From contig OZ024742.1 in NCBI GenBank assembly GCA_964016885.1, positions 302,932,001 through 302,996,000 of the forward strand: 64,000 nt of DNA. Reading direction: 5' to 3'. Below the pieces are notes generated by a model. The model saw only the letters and a program-made list of their open reading frames with translations, was not told where the DNA came from and did not search any database. Both the position numbers and the translations under genes were made by a program. This document shows, piece after piece, positions 27,505-44,726 of this stretch (position 1 is the stretch's first letter; every line of letters begins with the position of its first letter). Origin of the DNA: Eledone cirrhosa (Eukaryota).

Positions 27505-27921
27505 CATTTAAATAAATTCAAGGTGAAAGACGAATTCTTTTACTATTGCATTCTTTTTTCTATTCTCCATACCTGCATTGTTTTGGCCTTATTACACATA
27601 TTCAAACGTTTATATATATATATATAACTAAGACTGTATATGTCTTGACTAGAACGTAAATAAATTTAAACGAAGTCGATGCCAGCCGCGAACACATGCA
27701 AATGCAAGACACAATCATAAAATCACACTTTCCCCAAACTGTACCATAACAGCCATAAATTAAATTAATAAAGGTTGTTCAAATTTATATCCCAGCTCCC
27801 TTAGCTAAAAAACAACCGACCTGCACCAATTATTCGTGTAGGGTTGACGGATATCATTAGCCTGCAAACGACGTATTACATAATTTCGATGCTACAGTGC
27901 AGCGACTACAATATATATACA

Positions 27922-29716
<1,795 letters not shown>

Positions 29717-30023
29717 ATAAATTGAAACAAAATGAAAACGAAATTTCATTTCTCACTCTTAGTATGGCACTTACTTAAATGTAAGTATGCATGTATACGT
29801 ACATACATATATGTATACAGACGTACAGTAGCATGCACATATATATATATATACATATATATATACATATGCATACAGGTACACATACATATATGCACGT
29901 ATCAGTTTAGCGGCGCTTATTATAACGTCGCTTTGTTCGTTTGTAAACAAACTGAACAGCCTGAATTTATGCCATACGGTGTTAAGGCAACCACGTCACC
30001 TTTTTGTTCAACACTGACACAGG

Positions 30024-30068
30024 AACGATGTACTAGTTTCAAGCTAGTTAGCTATCATCAGCACCGTT
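30024..30068 (-). ncRNA. Type I hammerhead ribozyme (family A, copy 1)
   Basis: AACGGTG-CTGATGA-T-AGCT-aact-AGCT-T-GAAACTAGTA-CATCGTT. Confidence 0.85.
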
Positions 30069-30096
30069 TACCCATCTGCCAGATAGTTGAACTTTT

Positions 30097-30149
30097 GAAA
30101 GTATATACTTTCCTTATGAAAATTAACGGCTGAGCAGCCTAATTTGCAT
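30097..30149 (-). promoter_or_regulatory. Putative octamer plus TATA promoter module of family A
   Basis: Minus strand ATGCAAAT, 30 nt, AAAGTATATA upstream of the hammerhead; same layout at 62321-62369. Confidence 0.35.
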
Positions 30150-30495
30150 ATTGAGTGAGTTAAATCGGTCAGGCATACCGAAAACGATAAATTGAAACAA
30201 AATGAAAACAAAATTTCATTTCTCACTCTTAGTATGGCACTTACTTAAATGTAAGTATGCATGTATACGTACATACATATATGTATACAGACGTACAGTA
30301 GCATGCACATATATATATATATATACATATATATATACATATGCATACAGGTACACATACATATATGCACGTATCAGTTTAGCGGCGCTTATTATAACGT
30401 CGCTTTGTTCGTTTGTAAACAAACTGAACAGCCTGAATTTATGCCATACGGTGTTAAGGCAACCACGTCACCTTTTTGTTCAACACTGACACAGG

Positions 30496-30540
30496 AACGA
30501 TGTACTAGTTTCAAGCTTGTTAGCTATCATCAGCACCGTT
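30496..30540 (-). ncRNA. Type I hammerhead ribozyme (family A, copy 2)
   Basis: As copy 1 with loop II AACA. Confidence 0.85.
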
Positions 30541-31024
30541 TACCCATCTGCCAGATAGTTGAACGTTCGAAAGTATATACTTTCCTTATGAAAATTAACG
30601 GCTGAGCAGCCTAATTTGAATATTGAGTGAGTTAAATCGGTCAGGCATACCGAAAACGATAAATTGAAACCAAATGAAAACAAAATTTCATTTCTCACTC
30701 TTAGTATGGCACTTACTTAAATGTAAGTATGCATGTATACGTACATACATATATGTATACAGACGTACAGTAGCATGCACATATATATATATATATACAT
30801 ATATATATACATATGCATACAGGTACACATTCAGTTTGTTTACAAACGAACAAAGCGACGTTATAATAAGCGCCGCTAAACTGATACGTGCATATATGTA
30901 TGTGTACCTGTATGCATATGTATATATATATGTATATATATATATATATGTGCATGCTACTGTACGTCTGTATACATATATGTATGTACGTATACATGCA
31001 TACTTACATATATATTTATATATT

Positions 31025-31123
<99 letters not shown>

Positions 31124-31124
31124 T

Positions 31125-31177
<53 letters not shown>

Positions 31178-31194
31178 ATATTTATATATATATT

Positions 31195-31291
<97 letters not shown>

Positions 31292-31366
31292 ACTCTTTTA
31301 CTCTTTTACCTGTTTCAGCCATCCGACTGAGGCCATGCTGGGGCACCGCCCTTGTTGCTACACATT

Positions 31367-33059
31367 TTATCTCCAGCCTGTATAGGTTGGCCACTGGTGT
31401 AGGAGGGAGTTTGTTGCTGCTGCCCTTAGGTTTCCCTCGTGTCTTGCTGTGGGCTCATCCGGGATCCTGGATAACAAGGTGTCGAGATGTTTCTTAAAGA
31501 CATCCACCTCCACGTCATGCAAGTCTCGCAGATGCCCCGGCAGCCTGTTGAAGAGTTGAGGGCCCTTGAATCCCAGGCTATTGCAATACCTGCTCCTTAT
31601 TCTAGATGTGGAAGACGGGACCTTTGGCACCACACAGTGACGTCCTGTTCGACGGTTGGTCCAGCTCCCAATGCCAAAGTTTGGTGCTAGTCCCTCTAGG
31701 ATTTTCCACATGTAGATCACTGCGTATCTCTCCCGTCTTCGCTCCAAGGTTCAGTTCCTTCAGCCTCTCCCAGTAGCTTGTCTCCCTCATCTTGGCAATC
31801 CTCTTGGTGTAGCTTCGCTGGATTGCCTCAAGCTCTGTGGTTAGTTTGACACTATGGGGTGACCACAGCTGGGAGCAGTAGTCCAGGCGGCTTAGGACAA
31901 AAGACCTCCACAGTGTCAACATGGTGTCTCGATCTCTTGTAAGGAAAGTCCTCAAGATCCAGCCAGCGAATCGTCTACATGCTGTCGCCACCTTCATGAT
32001 GTGTGAAGAAAAAGATGCATCATCGCTCATGTCTATGCCCAGGTCTCGTATCGATTTTGACACGGGGATATCGGTCCCTCCTGGTCCTGTGTAGCTGTGT
32101 TCCGCTATATTTGTGTTTGTGTTTGCAGGTTTGTATTGTAGGGCTTGGAATTTGCCAGCATTAAACTGCATGTTGTTTTCTTCCGCCCATCTGTATATGG
32201 CATCCAGATCCTGCTGTAAGAGGGCAGCGTCAGCCGGGTTTTTGATTGCCTGTGCTACCTTAGTGTCATCAGCATAGCTAGTGAGGGATGTTGTTGCATG
32301 CACCACAGAGGGCATGTCCGAGAGAGCCACCAAAAACAGTAGTGGTCCCAGGACTGTCCCCTGAGGCACCCCACTTGTTATCGGTGTTTCCCTCGAGAGG
32401 GCCCCATTTGCTGCGACTGCCTGGCTTCTGTCCCTTAGGAAGCCATGCAGCCACTCACCTACTTTTCCAGTTATGCCGAGTCCGTGTAGTTTGTGACATA
32501 TCATTCCGTGGTCGACCTTGTCAAAGGCCTTCGCAAAGTCAAGATATATCACGTCTACATGTGAGCTGTCTAGTAGTTGTCTCAGTACCCAGTCGTAGTG
32601 ATGTAGCAGCTGTGTAAGGCAGCTTCTTCCTGGGCGGAAGCCATGTTGCGTGCTAGTCAGGCGGTCATTTTCTTCGAGGAAAGTGATTAGTTTCTTTCTG
32701 ACAACTCGCTCCATGACCTTACTGATATGCGACGTCAGGGAGACTGGCCTATAGTTCTTGGCCTCCGCTCTACTACCTCCTTTATGGATAGGGCATATTG
32801 TGCCTTCTTTCAGCTCCCTGGGTAGTACACCGCTAGCCAAGGAGCTTCTGAAGAGCATCTTCAGTGGAGTTGCTAAGGCCCGCTTACATATTTTTAGGAG
32901 AACTGCTGGGAATCCATCAGGTCCAGCAGCCGAGTCTGTTCTAATTTCATCAATGGCGTACACCACATCCTCCTCCGTTATGTCTATGTGGTTGATGGTT
33001 GCCATTTCTTGATGTAGTGTTGTGGCATCAAAGAACTCCTCTGGCTTCGTTATTTGCAT
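31367..33059 (-). pseudogene. LINE reverse transcriptase (frameshifts near 33060 and 31747)
   Basis: AAGPDG, NYRPVSLTS, QHGFRPGRSC, LDFAKAFDKV, GVPQGTVLGPLLF, YADDTK, ERRRERY. Confidence 0.9.
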
Positions 33060-33064
33060 GTGCC

Positions 33065-35263
33065 TCAGTGGAATGTGAAGACACTTTTGTACTGTTCGTT
33101 CAGTATTTCACATATCTCTTGGGGATTTTCGGTTAATGAACCGTCCGTGTGGAAGAGTGGTCCAATCTTGCAGTGTACTGAGGCAGTTTCTTTTGCAAAT
33201 TTAAAGAAGGCCTTAGGGTTTGTTTTAATGTTTTCTATGGCCCTGTTCTCTTTCCTTGCCCTCTCATTCTCATGTGAAAGCTTGAGTGCAATCTCGGTGT
33301 CAAGTAGTGCACGTTTCAAATAGGATTCCTTCTTGTTTTGGTTTTGTTGACTATTCAACTGGTTTGAGAGTTTAGTTCTACGTCTCATAAGGATTTTCCT
33401 ATCTCTGGGAATAAGATTTTTGTGTCTGTTTGCCTCTTTCTCCGGGACACACTTTTTGCATATGGTGTGTATCGTTGTCATGAAGTGTTGAAATTGTGTG
33501 TTAGTGTCTTGTGTGGCGATGTTTGCACTCCATGTTTGCTTCCGGATTTCACTCTTAATCTTTTTCCAGTTAGCCTTGTAGAAGTTAAGGTTGGATAGCG
33601 TCCCGGAGCTTCTTGGTGGTTTTGTCTCTGTTGGTTCTCTTGGACCACATATCATTAGCTCTACTAAGTTATGATCCGAGAGAATTGTTGGTGTCACCTT
33701 TACATTGTGGATGAGCACTTCGTTGTTTGTAAAACAGAGGTCCAGGACATTTTCGCCTCTTGTTGGGAGGAGTATTGCTTGCTCCATGAACAGCCTGTGT
33801 GTGAGGGCCAGCAGGGATTCCGTCTGTCTCTGTTCTATTGACGTCATTCCAGGGAGGAGGTGGCCCTCAGGCCATTTGACCTTTGGTAGGTTGAAGTCTC
33901 CCAGCAGTAGGATGTTGAGACCCTGGTCCAGTTTGTCAAGGACCTCTTCTATCCTACTTAGGCTATCCTCAAATTTACCCTCATGACTGGGGGCATCGGG
34001 CGGCCGATATGTGACACATATTACCGTCTGTAGTTGCTTCATATGTATTATCAGTGTGTCACAGACTGAGTTTGAATGTGTCAACAGTACAATTGGTGTG
34101 ACATCTTCACGGATATACAGAGCAACCCCACCATGAGTTCTCTCCTTCCTGTCCGAACGAAATACAGTATATTTCGGTATATGTATTTCTGCATCTGCTA
34201 TACTGCTTGTCAGGTGCGTTTCGGTTAGTGCCATGCATAGTGCTTGATTGCTTATGGCTAAGTCTCCCAGGTAGGAAATTTTACTCATGTTGCTGAGTTT
34301 CACCAGGCCCCTGACATTCAGCAGCAGCACTGGTGTGACTTTTGGGGTGCCAGTAATGGCTGTCGGTATGACACCTGGTCTGGTGTCAGCGGCGGCCACT
34401 CTGGGTCCCTTAACTGCGGTGGTCTCGAGTGCTGGTGTGGATGACCCTGGCTCTGGAGACGATGCAGCTAGGTCAGCTGTCCCACAATCTTCTCTGCCAT
34501 CACTAAACAAATTTTTCTGATCTGCTGCTGCCATCTGTATCTCGTCGGCATGTGCGTGCCTTCTCCTTGTTGGTGCAGCACGCGCGACATCAGCATACTT
34601 CTGGAGCGGCTTATTTCGGCTTAGGCTGGGGCATGTTGCGCGAGTATGATGGGCATAGTTCGTTTGAGACCTAGGGTGGGCGAATCTGCATCCCATCCCT
34701 GTCTCTCCATGCCAGCATGTCCCGTTCTTGAAAAACTTGCACATTACTTGGGGTTTTTTGCTCCCAGTGTCTCGGTGCTTTCTGTTCTTTCTTTGAACAG
34801 TTGTCCACTGGTCCCTCTGCGCTTGGTTCTCCTTCGGAAGGTGATTTCGCTTTTCACCTTTGCCCTTAGCTTGTTGGTTGCCCGGCCTGCCCTCCCTGCC
34901 TGTAGCGGAGGGTATATCATTTTCTTTCAGGTCCGTGCTTGTGCTCTCCTCCTTTTCTTTTTCCCTTTCTTTTTCCTCTTCCTTTTCCCTCTCCTTCTCC
35001 TCATCCCTCCCTTCGGTTTTCTCCTCCCTGAGGACACGGCTTAGCATCGCCATATGAGGCGCTATGAGGACATACGCCTTCTCAATTTCTTTTCTCTCTC
35101 TCTCTATCTGTACCAGGGTCCTCAGAAACCCATGGCTCTTCAGGTTCTCCGCCATCTTTTTGCTTGGTGGAGACCCATCAGCCATAGTCCACCCCTTGAT
35201 CAAAACCGCTAGTTCAATCTTCGACCAGTTTCGCTGACTCCTGATTTCACATTTTTCCTGCAT
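33065..35263 (-). CDS. LINE ORF1-like region (CCCH zinc finger) in frame with APE endonuclease
   Basis: [23 protein letters not shown]; NVRGL, LTETHL, GGVALYI, YRPP, GDFNLP, LDLCF, SDHN. Confidence 0.8.
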   Translation of the reverse strand: MQEKCEIRSQRNWSKIELAVLIKGWTMADGSPPSKKMAENLKSHGFLRTLVQIERERKEIEKAYVLIAPHMAMLSRVLREEKTEGRDEEKEREKEEEKEREKEKEESTSTDLKENDIPSATGREGRPGNQQAKGKGEKRNHLPKENQAQRDQWTTVQRKNRKHRDTGSKKPQVMCKFFKNGTCWHGETGMGCRFAHPRSQTNYAHHTRATCPSLSRNKPLQKYADVARAAPTRRRHAHADEIQMAAADQKNLFSDGREDCGTADLAASSPEPGSSTPALETTAVKGPRVAAADTRPGVIPTAITGTPKVTPVLLLNVRGLVKLSNMSKISYLGDLAISNQALCMALTETHLTSSIADAEIHIPKYTVFRSDRKERTHGGVALYIREDVTPIVLLTHSNSVCDTLIIHMKQLQTVICVTYRPPDAPSHEGKFEDSLSRIEEVLDKLDQGLNILLLGDFNLPKVKWPEGHLLPGMTSIEQRQTESLLALTHRLFMEQAILLPTRGENVLDLCFTNNEVLIHNVKVTPTILSDHNLVELMICGPREPTETKPPRSSGTLSNLNFYKANWKKIKSEIRKQTWSANIATQDTNTQFQHFMTTIHTICKKCVPEKEANRHKNLIPRDRKILMRRRTKLSNQLNSQQNQNKKESYLKRALLDTEIALKLSHENERARKENRAIENIKTNPKAFFKFAKETASVHCKIGPLFHTDGSLTENPQEICEILNEQYKSVFTFH

Positions 35264-35268
35264 ATATA

Positions 35269-35449
<181 letters not shown>

Positions 35450-35655
35450 ATTTTTTTTTTATATATATATTTATATATATATATTTATATATATATTTAT
35501 ATATATATATATTTATATATATATATATATGTGAATATAGACATAGAATATTCGAAAATATTCTGTATGTTTATAATAAACATTTTGAAGACCTAATCGC
35601 TATAGAATAGAATACGTCACGTATTACAATTAGATTCTCGATAAAAGCAAGGGAA

Positions 35656-35698
35656 GTAATCTACGCGTTTCATTCTTGTTAGAAATCTTCAGGACTAC
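35656..35698 (-). ncRNA. Type I hammerhead ribozyme (family B, copy 1)
   Basis: GTAGTC-CTGAAGA-T-TTCT-aaca-AGAA-T-GAAACGCGTA-GATTAC. Confidence 0.85.
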
Positions 35699-35965
35699 AT
35701 ATCCAGTGCTTTTATCGAGAATGACACAGCTAGAGACTTATAGAATACTTAGCTGTGTACAGGAACTGGTTTGAAAGAGCGGTTGCCGGTCCGGCAGAAA
35801 TTAGAAATTGGAATAAATGCTCTGAAATAGCGATATATATGTGAATATAGACATAGAATATTCGAAAATATTCTGTATGTTTATAATAAACATTTTGAAG
35901 ACCTAATCGCTATAGAATAGAATACGTCACGTATTACAATTAGATTCTCGATAAAAGCAAGGGAA

Positions 35966-36008
35966 GTAATCTACGCGTTTCATTCTTGTTAGAAATCTTC
36001 AGGACTAC
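35966..36008 (-). ncRNA. Type I hammerhead ribozyme (family B, copy 2)
   Basis: Identical to copy 1. Confidence 0.85.
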
Positions 36009-36270
36009 ATATCCAGTGCTTTTATCGAGAATGACACAGCTAGAGACTTATAGAATACTTAGCTGTGTACAGGAACTGGTTTGAAAGAGCGGTTGCCGGT
36101 CCGGCAGAAATTAGAAATTGGAATAAATGCTCTGAAATAGCGATATATATGTGAATATAGACATAGAATATTCGAAAATATTCTGTATGTTTATAATAAC
36201 CAGTTCCTGTACACAGCTAAGTATTCTATAAGTCTCTAGCTGTGTCATTCTCGATAAAAGCACTGGATAT

Positions 36271-36313
36271 GTAGTCCTGAAGATTTCTAACAAGAATGAA
36301 ACGCGTAGATTAC
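36271..36313 (+). ncRNA. Type I hammerhead ribozyme (family B, inverted copy)
   Basis: Same motif read on the plus strand. Confidence 0.85.
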
Positions 36314-36630
36314 TTCCCTTGCTTTTATCGAGAATCTAATTGTAATACGTGACGTATTCTATTCTATAGCGATTAGGTCTTCAAAATGTTTATTATAAAC
36401 ATACAGAATATTTTCGAATATTCTATGTCTATATTCACATATATATCGCTATTTCAGAGCATTTATTCCAATATATATATATATTTTTTTATATATATAT
36501 TTATATATATATATTTATATATATATATATTTATATATATATATATATATATTTTTTATATATATATTTATATATATATATTTATATATATATATTTATA
36601 TATATATATATTTATATATATATATCTATC

Positions 36631-40171
<3,541 letters not shown>

Positions 40172-40242
40172 ATATATATATATTTAAATGTAAGTATGTA
40201 TGTATACGTACATACATATATGTATACAGACGTACAGTAGCA

Positions 40243-40303
<61 letters not shown>

Positions 40304-40461
40304 GCATACAGGTACACATACATATATGCACGCATCAGTTTAGCCAACGTTTATTATAACGCCGCTTTGTTCGTTTGTTTGTCAACAAACCGAACAGCCT
40401 GAATTTATGCCATACGGTGTTAAGGCAACCACGTCACCTTTTTGTTCAACACTGACACAGG

Positions 40462-40506
40462 AACGATGTACTAGTTTCAAGCTTGTTAGCTATCATCAGC
40501 ACCGTT
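40462..40506 (-). ncRNA. Type I hammerhead ribozyme (family A, copy 3)
   Basis: AACGGTG-CTGATGA-TAGCT-aaca-AGCTT-GAAACTAGTA-CATCGTT. Confidence 0.85.
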
Positions 40507-40740
40507 TACCCATCTGCCAGATAGTTGAACGTTCGAAAGTATATACTTTCCTTATGAAAATTAACGGCTGAGCAGCCTAATTTGCATATTGAGTGAGTTA
40601 AATCGGTCAGGCATACCGAAAACGATAAGTTGAAAAAAATGAAAACGAAATTTCATTTCTCACTCTTAGTATGGCACTTACTTAAATGTAAGTATGTATG
40701 TATACGTACATACGTATATGTATACAGACGTACAGTAGCA

Positions 40741-40807
<67 letters not shown>

Positions 40808-40965
40808 GCATACAGGTACACATACATATATGCACGCATCAGTTTAGCCGACGTTTATTATAACGCCGCTTTGTTCGTTTGTTTGTCAACAAACCGAACA
40901 GCCTGAATTTATGCCATACGGTGTTGAGGCAACCACGTCACCTTTTTGTTCAACACTGACACAGG

Positions 40966-41010
40966 AACGATGTACTAGTTTCAAGCTTGTTAGCTTTCAT
41001 CAGCACCGTT
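40966..41010 (-). ncRNA. Type I hammerhead ribozyme (family A, copy 4)
   Basis: As above, stem II AAGCT/AGCTT fully paired. Confidence 0.85.
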
Positions 41011-41089
41011 TACCCATCTGCCAGATAGTTGAACGTTCGAAAGTATATACTTTCCTTATGAAAATTAACACCGTATGTCATAAATATAT

Positions 41090-41167
<78 letters not shown>

Positions 41168-41199
41168 AATATATATATATATATATTTATATATGTATA

Positions 41200-41268
<69 letters not shown>

Positions 41269-41286
41269 ATATAATATATATATATT

Positions 41287-41319
<33 letters not shown>

Positions 41320-41322
41320 AGT

Positions 41323-41404
<82 letters not shown>

Positions 41405-43035
41405 TGTATATATATGCCTCACTTAAGACACGAAAAATAATGGGAAGTAAAAAACAATCGAGGTTATAAGAAAAATGCTCTTGAAATGATAGAGATAAAA
41501 GAAGTAGAGTTACTTGTTTTCAGCAGAGAAGAGAGAATGTGTGTATGTGCATTAAGGAATATAACCATGTGAGACTATAGTGAAGCAGACGACAATAACA
41601 TCAACAATACCTCCAATAGCACAAACAGCAACAAATCTACCGATCTGTAGATAGAGAATAATATATAGTGATGTTTGAAAATAATGAGGTAACAATTTAG
41701 AATGAAAAAATGTTTTCTTTTCATTCGATTTTCCCCATCATTAGGGTCGGGGAGTAAAACGATCAAACAAATATAGAAAATAGAAGAACAAATATGAAAT
41801 AAGCGAAAGAAAGAAAAAAGAAATGAAATAAGGAAGGAAAAAAAAAAACATGATAAAAGGAAAGCAAGATGTAAAGAATGTCATTGTCATAAATATTATG
41901 AGGATATCCATTTGTTTCAAAACTATTCCTTGTTTAGTATATATATATTTACAAACAATTTTCGATATCGTAAATACGGGTGTATTTACCGTAAATATGT
42001 TCGTGCTTTTAAGTTACCTTCTTTTTTTCTTTCTTTCTTTCCTCTCTCTTTCTTTCTTCTTTCTTCCTCGGTTTCCTACATTGTTTTATTTTTCTTTCCC
42101 ACTTTTTTTTACTTTATTCCTTAAATTTGTTCTTACCCCTTTACGTATTTTTTTACGTCTTTGATTCTTAACCGACATGACAGCAAGTATTAATCGATTT
42201 ATTTTCTAAGGAGAAAATATTTTTAAAATGAAGATATAAGGTAAGACGAAGCGAAAGAGCTAGAAATAAGAAAAGAAATAAAATAAAATATATTAACACA
42301 AAAAACAACACAAACGAGCCATAAATTATAGAAACAAACGATAGCAAGAAAAAAGCAACAAAACAGACAAGGAAACAAAATGTGCATCTCTAAATGCCGA
42401 ACCTACAAAGCGAAAAGCTTGATAAAATAAAGCGTGAAAAATGATTACTATTTTCTTTTCTTATCATTTTTGTTGTTGTAGTTGTAGTTATTGTTGATAT
42501 GTTTGTTATTGTTATTGGGGTTGTCTTGTTTGTTTCTTTCAACCCAACGAATTCAATTACTATGTTATTTACAGGAAATTCTCTGTTTCGAATCAAAAAT
42601 ATATATTCAGAAAAAAAAAAAATATATATATGTCGTTGAAAGTCCTATGTGAATAATTATATTAAATGTGAAGAGCACGTACAGTTTAAATATTGCTGGT
42701 TGGGGTGTGGTGGTGATGGGGGAGGTGATTTTAATGTTATATTCTTGCCAGAGATAGATATATAAACACGCGGAGTGATATAGTGAAGGGTATGTCGTAT
42801 TTGTATATATACATGAACATATACATAGGAAAGTTTGTATAATTACAGTGCACATAATACACACATAACACACACACACACATACACACCTCACATACAT
42901 ATATATATATATATATACATATTTACATACTTGCATACATACATATACATATACACGCACATATGCACACACACAAACACAAACACACCTGTATATATAT
43001 ATATAAACGTTTGTATGTGAACTGGGCCTGGCTCA

Positions 43036-43133
<98 letters not shown>

Positions 43134-43802
43134 CGGCCTTGAAATAAATACCCCCTCCGCCTTTTGTGGTATTTTTCTCTTGGTTGTAAGAGGCTTAGCT
43201 CAGTTTCTTGACCGCTGTATCACGTGATAAGTCCCCCCTCCGGATTCTATCGGGATTCTATCTCACGTCCTACGGACGTGTTTTGAAACTCTAAATGAGG
43301 TATCCTCTTGATAAGTCGGCAAACCTCACAAAAATACTGCATCTCTAATGATGTAATGTTTTTGCATAATAGCCACGAAACTACGTAGTCGTTCATAATG
43401 AAGGAATTTAGGTATATTATATCTTTTTATTTATATCCAATGTTTCTTCTTTCTTTATAATGTATTATATGTATATATATTTATTTCACAACCATGCAAG
43501 AATAAGAATTGCATTGGGGAACATGCCTAAACTATCAAAATCACACAACACGAATTCAATACCAAGTTAAACAAAATTAAATTAAAGGCATAACAGAAAA
43601 CGAGTCGTACTACATACCTTTCATGGTCAACACAGTATCGGACGCATGGTAAATTTATAGACATCATATAATTTCTCTTTACACAAACCCACCAAACAAT
43701 TATGCATATGTGTATGTATGTATGTATGTATGTATGTATGTATGTATGTATGTATGTATGTATGTATGTATGTATGTATGTATGTATGTATGTATGTTAT
43801 GT

Positions 43803-44081
43803 TAGGTCACCAGTTGGTGCTACTGGTAACATGTATCCCAGTACAATCTGTCTCATGGTCGGGTCGTTGGCGACTAAACTGGCAACCCCACCAAGGTTTC
43901 TTGGTGAGGAGGGTGATTTTGAACATCCTGCAGGACTAAAAACAAAACCTGTCAAAGGGCAAAGGAGCTCGTAAGAGTCAATGGCCATCCAAGAACCCCT
44001 ACTCGTTCAGCGCATCGGTAGGGGTTCTCCTACATGGATATGAAGTAGTGGCCGTACTCGAAAACAAGTTGGTAGCCACCA
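43803..44081 (+). mobile_element. Internally deleted RTE-derived non-autonomous element
   Basis: 5' and 3' parts match 3511-4110; flanked by (TGTA)n. Confidence 0.75.
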
Positions 44082-44273
44082 TGTATGTATGTATGTTTGT
44101 ATGTATGTATGTATGTATGTATGCATGCATGTATGTATGTATGTATGTATGTATGTATGTATGTATGTATGTATGTATGTATGTATGTATGTATGTATGT
44201 TTGTATGTATGTATGTACGTTTGTATGTATGTATGTATGTTTGTATGTATGTATGTATGTATGTATGTATGTA

Positions 44274-44580
44274 TGTTCTTCTGCTTTTATAATTTCCCAA
44301 TTTTTTTCCCAATAGAGAGAGAGTCGGTTTCTAACATAGACACAAGACTCTCTCATTGGAATTTACACAACATCAACTAGGTAGATTATGTATGCATGCA
44401 TGCATGTGTAGATATGGATGTTAATGTTTGTGTGGATGTGTTTGTTTTGAGTTGTATGTGTGCATGTGTATATGCTTTGTATCTGTACATGTGTATATGC
44501 AGTTATTAAATGCAAAATGTTTGGAATGTTTTACATATTTTTACTGATCTTGTAATTTCCTAACTAGCTGTGTTAACTAG
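44274..44580 (-). mobile_element. 3' UTR fragment of an R4/Dong-type element
   Basis: Matches 4111-4460 (GTTTCTAACATAGACAC..CAACTAGGT). Confidence 0.6.
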
Positions 44581-44726
44581 TTGTATGTATGTTTGTATGT
44601 ATGTATGTATGTAAGTATGTATGTATGCATGTATGTTTGTATGTATGTATGTATGTTTGTATGTATGTATGTATGTATGTATGTATGTATGTATGTATGT
44701 ATGTATGTATGTATGTATGTATGCAT

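Larger units (their letters stand above)
24834..27610 (+). mobile_element. Penelope-like element (RYVDD type) with a 5' inverted duplication and 3' terminal repeat
   Basis: 24834-25167 is an inverted copy of 25607-25940; RT plus GIY-YIG; 3' region ends in (TA)n. Confidence 0.9.
29717..31007 (-). mobile_element. Hammerhead-bearing tandem repeat, family A (470-472 bp unit): candidate retrozyme array
   Basis: Units start at 29717, 30187 and 30659; inverted piece ~30830-31007; one hammerhead per full unit. Confidence 0.85.
31292..35263 (-). mobile_element. CR1/L2-group LINE, near full length, with frameshifts
   Basis: ORF1-like region, APE and RT; 3' end GGCGGTGCCCCAGCATGGCC..GGCTGAAACAGGTAAAAGAGTAAAAGAGTA; flanked by (TA)n. 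Confidence 0.9.
35531..36472 (-). mobile_element. Hammerhead-bearing tandem repeat, family B (310-bp unit): candidate retrozyme array
   Basis: Units start at 35531, 35841 and 36151; inverted copy ~36199-36472; flanked by (TA)n. Confidence 0.85.
40184..41070 (-). mobile_element. Second family A array (about 1.8 units)
   Basis: Same unit as 29717-31007 with a longer internal (TA)n; hammerheads at 40462-40506 and 40966-41010. Confidence 0.85.

Noticed and set aside
29732-31330. Repeated ORFs [13 protein letters not shown].. in family A
   Set aside because: Frame changes with the internal (TA)n length between copies and there are no protein motifs, so they are treated as non-coding
43340-43392. 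CTAATGA..GAAACTACGTAGTC
   Set aside because: Palindromic stem III is suggestive, but the core and stems I and II are degenerate
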